From an uncultured delta proteobacterium (GTDB lineage Bacteria; Bdellovibrionota; FAC87; UBA2466): a stretch of 64,000 bases of DNA. The position numbers and the translations under genes are program-made. How positions within the stretch are numbered: the first letter of the stretch is position 1; each line of letters starts with the position of its first letter. Below, piece by piece: positions 9,739 through 19,472 of this stretch. The stretch lies in assembly GCA_963778115.1 (NCBI GenBank), contig CAVZSV010000004.1, positions 1,504,001 through 1,568,000 on the forward strand, read 5' to 3'. Below the pieces are notes generated by a model. It ran no database searches. It was given only the letters and a program-made list of their open reading frames with translations, and was not told the origin of the DNA.

Positions 9739-9874
9739 TCGGGGTAGCTAGGGTGCGGTTAGGTGCCTCTTGGCTAGTCCGCGAGACCCGACCGGGGGCG
9801 AGGGTTCATAGGCAAATCGTAGCAGTGGGGAAAAGCTGAAACATACTCTGCAGATGAACGGAAGGAAAAGCCTC
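9739..9874 (+). ncRNA. Candidate structured leader RNA (partial ykkC-like resemblance)
   Basis: CTAGGGTGCGG...GGCTAGTCCGCGAG...GACC..GGTT in a 246-bp gap upstream of oppA3. Confidence 0.3.
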
Positions 9875-11479
9875 ATGATTCGAAAGTCCCAATTAATTCT
9901 CTCGTTGGTCTTGAGCTTAGTCTTTCTGCCTTGTTGTGTGAAAACCAATGCTCCGAGCGGCAAAAATATTATTCGTATCGGGAACGGCGTCGAACCTAAG
10001 GATCTCGATCCTCATAAAGTTACCGGAGTGCCGGAAGACATGCTGCTCCGTCAGCTATTTGAACCTTTAGTGGCGCGCGATGCTAAGGACCTGCATCCAA
10101 TTCCAGGGGTTGCCGAGAGTTGGACGCTATCCAAGAATGGAAAAGAGTACACGTTTAAACTTAGACCCAACGCAAAGTGGAGCAACGGCGAACCGGTGAC
10201 CGCTCAAGATTTTGTCGATGGCTGGCGTAGATTGGTCGACCCAAAAACCGCCTCTGAATATGCCTATCAGGGCTACTACATAATTAACGGCAAAGAGATC
10301 AACACGGGAAAGATCAAAGACCCTTCGAAACTGGGCGCCCAAGCCGTTGACGCGCAGACGCTCAAAGTTAACCTCGTGCATCCGACACCCTATTTTCTAA
10401 GTCTTCTAGATCACTATTCGATGTACCCGATTTACAAGAAGACCATTGATAAGAACGGCAATCGCTGGACTCGTCCTGAAAATTTCGTGGGCAACGGAGC
10501 TTACAAGCTTCAGACGTGGGATATCAATAAAGTCATTTCCATGGTGAAGAGTCCGACCTACTGGAATGGTGCTGAAGTGAAAATTGACGAAGCGTATTTT
10601 TATCCTATCGACAATCTCGATACCGAAGAAAAAATGTTTCGCACAAAGGAGTTGGACGTCACGAAAGAGATTCCGCCTGAGAAGTTGCCTTTCTGGCAAA
10701 AAGATAAATCGGGCGTTTTCGTAAGTGCGGACTATTTGGGAACCTATTATTTTAGGGTCAATGTCACTAAGGGCCCGTTGAAAGATAAGCGCATTCGCAA
10801 GGCTCTCAATCTAGGCTTCGACCGATCCCAAATCGTAAAATATGTCTCTCGGGGAAACCAGAATCCCTCATTGGCATTTACGCCTCCCGGTACCGGGGGA
10901 TACGAGCCTCCTAAAATACTACCTTCGGATTTGAGCCGGCTTGCCGAAGCTAAGAAGCTGCTCGCGGACGCCGGATATCCTGGGGGTAAAGGGATGCCCT
11001 CCATCGAAATTCTTTATAATACGCAGGAGATCCACAAGAAGCTCGCGGAAGCCATTCAGGCGATGTGGAAGGAAAATCTTGGGATTAACGTCACTATCGT
11101 TAATCAAGAGTGGAAGGTTTACCTCAACAGCATGAAGACGTTAAACTACGACGTCGCGCGCGCGGGATGGATTGGAGACTACAACGATCCCAATACCTTC
11201 CTAGAAAATTTCATGACTGATAATGGGAATAATGAGACGGGCTATGCGAACAAAGTATACGATAAGCTAATTATTGAGTCTCAGAATGAAATGGATCAGC
11301 AAAAGCGATTCGATACTTTCACGAAAGCAGAGACGATCTTACTCGAGGATCTCCCGATGGTACCGATTTATACTTGGCGTAAGAATTATTTGAAGGCAAA
11401 AAAGGTCCAAGGTTGGTATCCCAATATCCAAGACTTGCACTCGCTTAAAGACGTTTGGATTGATGATTCAAAGAGCTAA
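9875..11479 (+). CDS. oppA: Oligopeptide ABC transporter substrate-binding protein (copy 3, possible lipoprotein)
   Basis: Same motifs; signal peptide ends in LPCC; GGAAGGA RBS before ATG 9875. Confidence 0.92.
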   Translation: MIRKSQLILSLVLSLVFLPCCVKTNAPSGKNIIRIGNGVEPKDLDPHKVTGVPEDMLLRQLFEPLVARDAKDLHPIPGVAESWTLSKNGKEYTFKLRPNAKWSNGEPVTAQDFVDGWRRLVDPKTASEYAYQGYYIINGKEINTGKIKDPSKLGAQAVDAQTLKVNLVHPTPYFLSLLDHYSMYPIYKKTIDKNGNRWTRPENFVGNGAYKLQTWDINKVISMVKSPTYWNGAEVKIDEAYFYPIDNLDTEEKMFRTKELDVTKEIPPEKLPFWQKDKSGVFVSADYLGTYYFRVNVTKGPLKDKRIRKALNLGFDRSQIVKYVSRGNQNPSLAFTPPGTGGYEPPKILPSDLSRLAEAKKLLADAGYPGGKGMPSIEILYNTQEIHKKLAEAIQAMWKENLGINVTIVNQEWKVYLNSMKTLNYDVARAGWIGDYNDPNTFLENFMTDNGNNETGYANKVYDKLIIESQNEMDQQKRFDTFTKAETILLEDLPMVPIYTWRKNYLKAKKVQGWYPNIQDLHSLKDVWIDDSKS

Positions 11480-11528
11480 GGAATCACATAACTAACAACA
11501 ACGGCAACACTTAGGGTTAATACATAAC

Positions 11529-12449
11529 ATGGGACTTCGATACTTATTGGGACGACTAGCGGTAATGATTCCGGTGTTTGTCGTCGTCGTGACCGTTGTC
11601 TTTTTCATGATCCGCTTTGCTCCGGGGGGTCCTTTCGACTCGGAAAAGCAAGTTCCTCCAGACATCTTAAAAAATTTGAATGCCAAGTATCATCTCGATG
11701 AACCGCTGTGGCAGCAGTACGTTCGCTATTGGGGCGACCTCTCCCGGTTTGATCTGGGCCCTTCTTTCAAATACGCGAACCGTACCGTGAACGAGATTAT
11801 CGCGGAATCTCTTCCCGTATCGGCCGAGCTGGGCATGATCTCTTTGGTGTGGGCGCTATTGATAGGCATTACGGCCGGGGGGCTTGCGGCCCTTAAGCCC
11901 AATTCGCTGTTTGATTACATCCCGATGTCTTTTTCCATACTAGGGATCTGTCTTCCGACCTTTGTGATAGGGCCGCTCTTTGTGTTGGTCTTTGCCGTAT
12001 GGCTAGGATGGTTGCCGGTAGGGGGCTGGAACACCTGGCAAGATCGTATCTTGCCCTCACTTACTCTTGGATTTGCTTATGCCGCCTATATTTCACGCCT
12101 CACTCGAGGGGGTCTTATGGAAATCCGCAGCCAAGATTTTATTCGCACGGCCAGGGCTAAAGGGCTCTCTGAATCGCGTGTCATCATTAAGCATGCGCTT
12201 CGAGGTGGGCTTCTTCCCGTCGTCTCTTACTTAGGCCCTGCCATGGCGGGTATCATTTCGGGTGCCCTGGTAACGGAGCAGATTTTTAATATTCCAGGCC
12301 TCGGCCGCTTCTTTATTCAAAGTGCCGTCAATCGTGATTACACCGTCGTCATGGGGACGTCGTTGTTGTATTTTTCCCTCATCTTTGTCGCTAACTTCTT
12401 GGTGGATATCGTCTACGTATTTTTAGACCCAAGAGTTAGGTATGAGTAG
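11529..12449 (+). CDS. oppB: Oligopeptide ABC permease
   Basis: APGGPF, DLGPS, RTARAKGL EAA loop, RDYTVVMG, LDPRV. Confidence 0.93.
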   Translation: MGLRYLLGRLAVMIPVFVVVVTVVFFMIRFAPGGPFDSEKQVPPDILKNLNAKYHLDEPLWQQYVRYWGDLSRFDLGPSFKYANRTVNEIIAESLPVSAELGMISLVWALLIGITAGGLAALKPNSLFDYIPMSFSILGICLPTFVIGPLFVLVFAVWLGWLPVGGWNTWQDRILPSLTLGFAYAAYISRLTRGGLMEIRSQDFIRTARAKGLSESRVIIKHALRGGLLPVVSYLGPAMAGIISGALVTEQIFNIPGLGRFFIQSAVNRDYTVVMGTSLLYFSLIFVANFLVDIVYVFLDPRVRYE

Positions 12450-13354
12450 CGGCGTAACCACTATGCAAAATACGATTTTAGCCCAAGCGACTGAAGACGA
12501 TTCTGTAGGCGTTAGCCTATGGAAAGACGCCTATCATAGACTTCTCAAGAATAAGCTTGCTACCATCGGCGGCATTTTCATTCTGATTGAAGTCGTCGTT
12601 TGCCTTGTGACTCCCTGGATTGCTCCTTATGGGTTCGATACTCAAAATTTAGAAATGACGCTAGTTAAGCCCTCGATGGCTCACTGGCTAGGAACCGACA
12701 ATTTAGGAAGAGACCTTTTTACTCGTTTGCTTTACGGCGGACGTATCTCGATGATGGTGGGTTTCTTGGCTTCCATGGTGAGCGTCATTGTGGGAGTTGT
12801 CTACGGTGCTATCTCCGGATTTGTCGGGGGAAAGCTAGATAACTTCATGATGCGAGTGGTAGATGTGCTCTTTGCTCTTCCCTTCGTTTTTCTCGTTATT
12901 ATTCTGATGGTCTATTTCGGTAGAAACATTCTTTTGCTCTTCGTGGCGTTGGGTTTCACTCAATGGCTAACGATGGCGCGCATTGTCCGAGGCCAGGTTA
13001 TCTCTCTTAAAGAGAAGGAATTCGTAGAAGCCGCTCGATTCTTTGGGCATCTCCAACTGGGGAATTATCTTCCGCCATCTTATTCCCAATACCTTGGGTC
13101 CTGTGATCGTCTATCTAACGCTAACGGTCCCTTCGGTTATTTTGGACGAAGCTTTCTTAAGTTTCTTAGGCTTAGGAGTCCAGGCCCCCATGGCCTCTTG
13201 GGGAACGCTTATCTCTAATGGCGTTGAAGTTATGGAGATTGCTCCCTGGGCACTTATCTTTCCGGCACTGACACTCTCGGTTACGCTCTTCTCGTTAAAC
13301 TTTCTAGGTGACGGCCTTAGGGATGTGTTGGACCCGAAAGGGGCCAAAGATTGA
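12442..13354 (+). pseudogene. oppC: Oligopeptide ABC permease split by a 1-bp insertion at ~13040 (possibly an assembly error)
   Basis: ORFs 12442..13218 and 13043..13354 are the N- and C-halves; deleting one T in CGATTCTTTG restores EAARSLGISNW...RHLIPN. Confidence 0.85.
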
Positions 13355-13410
13355 GATGGCGCCGAAAGGGAGCAAAGACTGAGATGGTACCCAAGGGAGC
13401 TAAAGACTAA
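13334..13410 (+). repeat. Three degenerate tandem copies (28-bp period) of the oppC 3' end
   Basis: CCGAAAGGGGCCAAAGATTGA / CCGAAAGGGAGCAAAGACTGA / CCCAAGGGAGCTAAAGACTAA, separated by GATGGCG and GATGGTA. Confidence 0.85.
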
Positions 13411-14384
13411 TGGAACCGATCCTAGAGCTCAAAAATTTCCAGGCTCACTTTTATACCCGTAGAGGGATCGTGAAAGCCGTAGACGGACTTTCGTTCGAAG
13501 TCCATCCCGGAGAGACCCTGGGTATTGTGGGAGAAAGCGGCAGCGGAAAGTCTGTTACCCATTTAAGCTATCTACGTCTCTTGCCTTCCCCTCCACTGAG
13601 AATTGTGGGAGGCGAAGTCCTCTTCAAGGGGAAAGATATTCTAAAGATTTCGGATCGAGCGCTTAGAGATCTACGTGGAAAGTCTATCGCCATGATCTTC
13701 CAAGAGCCCATGACCTCGCTCAATCCCTATATGAAGATTGGAACGCAGCTCATCGAGCCTCTTCTCATTCATACCGTCACTAGCAAGAAAGACGCCTGGA
13801 AGAAATCAATTGCTGCCCTTGAGCGTGTGGGAATTCCAAACGCTGAATCGGCGATGAGTCGTTACCCTCATGAGTTTAGCGGCGGAATGCGCCAGAGAGT
13901 CATGATCGCCATGGCGCTTACCACCGATCCGGAAGTACTAATTGCCGACGAACCAACGACAGCTCTGGACGTCACGGTGCAAGCGCAGATATTAGATTTA
14001 CTGAAAGACATTCAAAAAGACACCGGAATGGCGGTCGTTCTTATCACCCACGATTTAGGTGTGGTCGCGGGCCTTGCCGATCGCGTTGTGGTTATGTACG
14101 CAGGGCATGTGTTTGAAGAGGGAACGTCCGACGATATCTTTTACAAATCGGCGCATCCCTATACTCTGGCTCTCTTGAAATCCACTCCGCGTATCGATGT
14201 CCCCCAAGGAATGTTACCGGTAATTCCAGGCGTTCCTCCCGATCTTTCACGGCTGGGAGTCGGGTGCCCGTTTTATGAACGGTGTGGATATCACATGGAT
14301 GTTTGCCTGGAGAAGTTTCCGCAAGCACGTCAATTTAATCCCGGGCATGAATCCTTCTGTTATTTGGAGACATCTCCCCAATGA
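13410..14384 (+). CDS. oppD: Oligopeptide ABC ATP-binding protein
   Basis: [27 protein letters not shown]-terminal Cys cluster. Confidence 0.93.
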   Translation: MEPILELKNFQAHFYTRRGIVKAVDGLSFEVHPGETLGIVGESGSGKSVTHLSYLRLLPSPPLRIVGGEVLFKGKDILKISDRALRDLRGKSIAMIFQEPMTSLNPYMKIGTQLIEPLLIHTVTSKKDAWKKSIAALERVGIPNAESAMSRYPHEFSGGMRQRVMIAMALTTDPEVLIADEPTTALDVTVQAQILDLLKDIQKDTGMAVVLITHDLGVVAGLADRVVVMYAGHVFEEGTSDDIFYKSAHPYTLALLKSTPRIDVPQGMLPVIPGVPPDLSRLGVGCPFYERCGYHMDVCLEKFPQARQFNPGHESFCYLETSPQ

Positions 14385-15391
14385 GTACTTCCAGTCCTAT
14401 CGAAACCATCGCGCGAATTCGAAATCTAAAAGTCCACTTTCCGGTCCGGGGAGGTTTCTTAAGTTTTGGACACAAGCATTTTCTTAAAGCCGTGGACGGA
14501 GTTTCCTTAGACTTAGCCAAAGGCGAAATCCTGGGCCTGGTGGGAGAATCCGGCTGTGGAAAGAGCTCTTTGGGACGTGCTATCATGCGGCTGATTAAGA
14601 TTACCGACGGGTCTATTGAAATCGCGGGTACGGATTTTTTAAGCCTTGAAGGAAAAGCACTTCGTAAAGCCAGACCCAATATTCAAATGATCTTTCAAGA
14701 TCCGTACGCTTCGCTCAATCCGCGCATGACGGTGTTTGATATCTTGGCGGAGCCTCTTTACACCCACACGAAACTAAACAGCGAAGAGCAGACAAAGAAA
14801 ATCAAAGATACTCTCGAATTGGTGGGTTTGCGCTTTAAAGCTTCCAAGAAATACCCTCACGAGTTTTCCGGCGGACAAAGACAGCGTATCGCAATAGCCA
14901 GGGCTCTCATCTTAAATCCCAAAGTGATCATTGCCGATGAACCGGTTTCCTCTTTGGATGTCTCCGTACAAGCACAAATCCTTAACTTGCTTAAGGAGAT
15001 TCAAGGACGCTTGGGCCTTTCGATGGTCTTTATCTCCCACAATCTGGCGGTAGTAAAATACATCTCCGATCGTATCGCCGTTATGTATCTGGGAAAGATT
15101 GTTGAAGTAGCCGAACGCGAGGAACTATATCGAAATCCGCTTCATCCTTATACCCGGGCCCTAGTTTCAGCGGTCCCCATTCCCGACCCTAAACTAGAAC
15201 GCGCTCGAAAACGAATTCCTGTTGGGGGAGAACTCCCTTCTCCTTTGAATCCGCCCAAGGGCTGTGCCTTTCACACCCGCTGTCCCCTAGCTTTCGACCG
15301 TTGCCGCGCCGAACAGCCACAACTCAAAGTACAGCCTGCCGGACAACACTACGTCTCTTGCTTCGCCGTCGACGAAGGCAGGACTTCGTAG
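14381..15391 (+). CDS. oppF: Oligopeptide ABC ATP-binding protein
   Basis: GESGCGKS, FSGGQRQR, DEPVSSLD, GCAFHTRC. Confidence 0.93.
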   Translation: MSTSSPIETIARIRNLKVHFPVRGGFLSFGHKHFLKAVDGVSLDLAKGEILGLVGESGCGKSSLGRAIMRLIKITDGSIEIAGTDFLSLEGKALRKARPNIQMIFQDPYASLNPRMTVFDILAEPLYTHTKLNSEEQTKKIKDTLELVGLRFKASKKYPHEFSGGQRQRIAIARALILNPKVIIADEPVSSLDVSVQAQILNLLKEIQGRLGLSMVFISHNLAVVKYISDRIAVMYLGKIVEVAEREELYRNPLHPYTRALVSAVPIPDPKLERARKRIPVGGELPSPLNPPKGCAFHTRCPLAFDRCRAEQPQLKVQPAGQHYVSCFAVDEGRTS

Positions 15392-15490
15392 GACAAAATT
15401 TATAAACTGACGCAACACATCAATAATGACCTCGCCCGGCAAGTAGGGGAGAATAAGAGTCACTAACTCGAAGTCACCTGAGGTACCATT

Positions 15491-17314
15491 TTGCGAGCCA
15501 TCTCGATTTTGGTCTTATCCTTCCTTTTAGTTTTCACTATTTGCTACGGATTTTACTTCCCCGAACCCTTTTTCCTCTTGGACGATGGACAGCTTATTGA
15601 CAGCCCTCAATTGAAATCCCCTCTAACACTGGGCTCAATATCCTCCATTTTCACTCCAGGTACCCAGGTCGATTTCTACCCAGTTAGGGATCTGTCACAT
15701 CTCATCGAGATACACCTCTTGGGAGCAAAACCCACAGGAGAAACTGGGACCTTATTTAGAGCGACCAACTTAATCCTTTTCGCGGGAACTGGATTCTGCC
15801 TTTATTTTCTTTTGCTCTCATTGAGCGTACTACCTACTTTCGCCTTGGTGCTCGTGGGCTTCTGGCTCTTTAATCCGGTACATGCAGAGACGATCCTGTG
15901 GATTTCTTCTCGGAAGGATCTTCTGAGTTTGTTTTTTGGAGTATCCAGTGTTCTGTTTTTCATAAAACTAATTCTCCGGAACCAACGGAAATTTGCATTG
16001 GGAAGCATGATTTGTTTCATACTTAGTATTTTTTCGAAGGCTTCGCTCTGTTTACTGCCTCTTGTGGCAGCATTCCATTTATTTCGCAGAGGCAATCCTA
16101 GGGCTAGCCGACTTGCTAAAGTTACCACCATTGGTCTATGTACCATAGGTTTACTGGGAGCCTGCTATCAGAGTAGGTTCTATTCTCACTTTAATGACAT
16201 GAGATTTTTTTATCCTTTCGACTATAGGCTTTTGGCAGGAACAACTGCTTTAGGAAGAATGGTAGTGGGATGGCTTTACGCTCCGGTGAATGCCATCGAC
16301 GTCTACAACTGGGGAGACTGGGCGTCATATTATAAGGGATTTGCGCCTTTAGGGATCTTGTTTCTTCTGTCCTTATTGGGATTGCTTTATTTTTCGATAA
16401 AAACAAAAAGAGAAGCTCTTATCTTGGGGGTCTTAGGTTTTTTCCTTCTCTATCTGCCAGTTAGTGGAATGGTTTTTCCTCATCGTAACTTTTATTCCGT
16501 CCGCTACCTCGAAGCCCCGCTCCTTTTTCTTGGCGTATGCGTTGCGGTGTCCCTTAACGCCGTTCTGAAACCGATTAAGGTCAAAGCGACACTAGTCTGG
16601 ATCTCAGTGTTCGTATTATGTGCCGGCCTTTCCCTAGAGACGTGCGTGGAAGGACGCCGGTGGGAGAGCGGCCTTTCGGTAATCAATAAGTCGCTGGCCC
16701 TTGCCCCGCTGAACCCTGCCATCTCGCTCCTCAAGCTACAGGAAATGTACAACTTAAAGCGATGGGGACGGCTAAATAAGGACGAACTGACCCACCTTAC
16801 CGCTTTGGAATCGACACTTCGCCGTAACTGTTCCGGATCCCTTGATAAAACTCCTTCTCTAAACGGAGATCTCTGTTCCATGTATTTCTCCCATATCCAA
16901 CAGTCCTTAAGAGATAAGAAATCTCTAACAAAGGAAGAGGAAATTGAGCTCGAACAAATTGACCAATGGCTTTTGCGACATATTCAAATACTTAATCCCC
17001 TTCAAGCACGGGAATATCAGACCTATTTAAATATGGAAAAGTTACTAAATGGGACAGGAGACAAGGAGGAAATGACTCATCTTCAGCAAGCCAAGCTATC
17101 TCCCGTAATGAATACCAAAGAAAGCCTACGGCTCAATATCTGGGCAATAAATTGTATCTACGGGAATCGTACGGAAGCGAAGAATTTGTACCTCAGATGG
17201 AAGAACCAAGCTTTGGTGTCCCTTCAATCCACAAAATCGCAGATCTCACAACTCATGCACCGAACTTCGCTTGCTTCAGCAGGTAGTATTAGTTGGAAAG
17301 AGTGCCTACCTTAG
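15491..17314 (+). CDS. TMTC-like GT-C membrane glycosyltransferase with helical C-terminal domain
   Basis: LLDD in first loop, YPVRDLS, NPVHAETILWISSRKDLL, SKAS, RYL; many TM segments. Confidence 0.65.
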   Translation: MRAISILVLSFLLVFTICYGFYFPEPFFLLDDGQLIDSPQLKSPLTLGSISSIFTPGTQVDFYPVRDLSHLIEIHLLGAKPTGETGTLFRATNLILFAGTGFCLYFLLLSLSVLPTFALVLVGFWLFNPVHAETILWISSRKDLLSLFFGVSSVLFFIKLILRNQRKFALGSMICFILSIFSKASLCLLPLVAAFHLFRRGNPRASRLAKVTTIGLCTIGLLGACYQSRFYSHFNDMRFFYPFDYRLLAGTTALGRMVVGWLYAPVNAIDVYNWGDWASYYKGFAPLGILFLLSLLGLLYFSIKTKREALILGVLGFFLLYLPVSGMVFPHRNFYSVRYLEAPLLFLGVCVAVSLNAVLKPIKVKATLVWISVFVLCAGLSLETCVEGRRWESGLSVINKSLALAPLNPAISLLKLQEMYNLKRWGRLNKDELTHLTALESTLRRNCSGSLDKTPSLNGDLCSMYFSHIQQSLRDKKSLTKEEEIELEQIDQWLLRHIQILNPLQAREYQTYLNMEKLLNGTGDKEEMTHLQQAKLSPVMNTKESLRLNIWAINCIYGNRTEAKNLYLRWKNQALVSLQSTKSQISQLMHRTSLASAGSISWKECLP

Positions 17315-19463
17315 CGCCCTCGTCGAAGGTGATTTTCGAAAATTGAACTTGCCAGTCTATCGTGGAAGTTTTGGGAATTAAGGAAATCACCTGAATCAAA
17401 GAATCGGTAAGAAATCGTTTTGGAAGCGGAAACGTTACCACGGATGCCACTTCCTTTGGATCCAAATCCACTTTTTCATTGGAGGTTAATCCGTTAATCC
17501 AAACCTCAAACCCGGAAACCCCCTTAACCGAACTGATGTGTAGATGACAACGATGCCCCATATTAGGCGAGAGTACCACTCTAAAGGAAATCTTATTCCC
17601 GAAGGCTTCTCCCGTATCAATGAGCATTAAACCATGCATGGAGAATTGGGGGTATTCGAAGTGAGAAGATTGAGCCAGAAACTTCCCGTTTGATTTCTCT
17701 CTTGGAAATCGGGAGAACCCACTGATAAGCGAGCGCCGGCATAGGCCATCACAGAACGTAATCTCTTTTACTTCTCCCTTTTTTAGAAGCTGTTGACTGA
17801 GCGCTCTTTGAATTGAATCGTAAGTAATCCGGTAAACGTTCATTGTCTTCGTCCGAAGGACAAGTTCCCAGAAAGGAGCAAGTCCCGAAACGAGCCTTTT
17901 ATTAACCGAATCAATCTGCTCATTCCAAAGCTCTTTGAAAGGACGGGGGTAGTTAGCCTCCTTTAGGCGAAGAGAAATTCCTAGCCCGTGTTGAAGAACC
18001 TTATCGTAATAAACCTCACGAAGATTAGTAAACTCAATGAATAGTAATTCGTCTTTCTGCTTTTGAAAGGATAGAAACTCGTGAAACTTCACAAACAGAT
18101 TAGAGGGATCCTCGGCGAGAACCCCTAGGGGAAGTCGATCGAAATAATAGCGGATGGGAGCATCGACCAAAGAATTGGTAAATACCGCCCGCTGTGAATT
18201 ATGGCTCGCTATATAATCGGCAACTTTTTGAGTATCCTCTCGATCAAGAAAAGCGGGCTTAAGGGCGACGATTTCTCTTAAAGACCATATGGTAACAAAT
18301 AGAATGACAAATAGGGCTCCCGCTTTTCCCAAGAGGGATCGGTTCCAGAGATAGGAGAATACAATTCCGCAGCTAACAGAAGAGAAGATCAGAAGTTGAA
18401 GAAGAGGATGGTACTGTTCCCAAAAGAGCTGAGGAAAGACCAAAATAAAAGCGCAACCGGATAGAAGCACATAACCAGGATTTAGGGATATTGATGGAGA
18501 GCCAAGTTTGGGTCTCAATCGTCGGTAAAGTAGGGGAACTAATAACAGCAGGAAAAACATGGGGCTAAAAGCCCTCAGCACTCTATAGAAGAATATAGTG
18601 GGGTACCCATAAAGATCCGCATAGTTCACAATTCCTCGTTCATCGCTCTGAAACGAGAGATCTTGTAGAAAACGAGAGACACTTCCAAAGGACCAGAGAA
18701 CCAAAGAAAATTTGATCGCTACACCAAGAAAAATTCCACAGCCAAGCGCGAAATAGATTTTCCTGACGTGGTCTTTTCCTAAGAAATCTGAAAAACCTCT
18801 TATCGTGAAATGAATCAATAAAGGCAATAGGAACCAAAAATCGTAGGATGACAGGTAACACAATGCGATCGCTATCACTAAAGGAGCCAAACTGCGCTCA
18901 GGCTTTTCAAAATATTGCGTTACTAGAAAAAGTGCTCCAAAACCAAAAAAATTGTAAATTGGAACATGGTGGATGGTATCTGAATACTGGATCCAGATGA
19001 AATTGGTTAAGTAGACGAGAATTGCAGCGTTTGCGGACAGCAGCCCCCACACTCTTTTAAAATAGAGGTATAGGAAGAGCATCGAGAAATAACTAAAAAC
19101 GAGAGCCACCCATCGGAATTGAGTAATATCGCGAAACCCCAACATGACTCGTTCCATACCGTTAATCAGATCGGGAAGCGGCGGGTAGTGGGTGTAGTGA
19201 AGCGAATAAGCGCTAAGTGGCCCCACATCAAGAACCGGAGTAAGTCGATTTTTTATGAAACCGTCGCGTGCGAAGTAGCGTCCGGAAGTCATAGCATTGG
19301 AGTCACTCCAAGGGTCTCCCCAATTCAACCGCAGAGGATCGAAGGAATGAAAGAATAACCAACCAAAGATTATAAAAGACAGGAAGAAAAAAAACGCATT
19401 CGACCGAAAGTAGTTAAAGATAGTCGAACTGATGCGACGGGTTTTATGGTGACTCAAATCCAA
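17289..19463 (-). CDS. GT-C (ArnT/PMT-like) membrane glycosyltransferase with soluble C-terminal domain
   Basis: Acidic first loop (WGDPWSD), YTHYPPL, many TM segments, long hydrophilic tail. Confidence 0.6.
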   Translation of the reverse strand: MDLSHHKTRRISSTIFNYFRSNAFFFFLSFIIFGWLFFHSFDPLRLNWGDPWSDSNAMTSGRYFARDGFIKNRLTPVLDVGPLSAYSLHYTHYPPLPDLINGMERVMLGFRDITQFRWVALVFSYFSMLFLYLYFKRVWGLLSANAAILVYLTNFIWIQYSDTIHHVPIYNFFGFGALFLVTQYFEKPERSLAPLVIAIALCYLSSYDFWFLLPLLIHFTIRGFSDFLGKDHVRKIYFALGCGIFLGVAIKFSLVLWSFGSVSRFLQDLSFQSDERGIVNYADLYGYPTIFFYRVLRAFSPMFFLLLLVPLLYRRLRPKLGSPSISLNPGYVLLSGCAFILVFPQLFWEQYHPLLQLLIFSSVSCGIVFSYLWNRSLLGKAGALFVILFVTIWSLREIVALKPAFLDREDTQKVADYIASHNSQRAVFTNSLVDAPIRYYFDRLPLGVLAEDPSNLFVKFHEFLSFQKQKDELLFIEFTNLREVYYDKVLQHGLGISLRLKEANYPRPFKELWNEQIDSVNKRLVSGLAPFWELVLRTKTMNVYRITYDSIQRALSQQLLKKGEVKEITFCDGLCRRSLISGFSRFPREKSNGKFLAQSSHFEYPQFSMHGLMLIDTGEAFGNKISFRVVLSPNMGHRCHLHISSVKGVSGFEVWINGLTSNEKVDLDPKEVASVVTFPLPKRFLTDSLIQVISLIPKTSTIDWQVQFSKITFDEGAKVGTLSN

Positions 19464-19472
19464 AGGACCCCC

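Noticed and set aside
9805..9850. c-di-GMP-I riboswitch suggested by GGCAAA
   Set aside because: The following GAAA-capped stem and GCAAAGC segment are missing
13334..13410. CRISPR interpretation of the 28-bp repeats
   Set aside because: Only three degenerate tandem units, no unique spacers, no cas genes; the units derive from the oppC end
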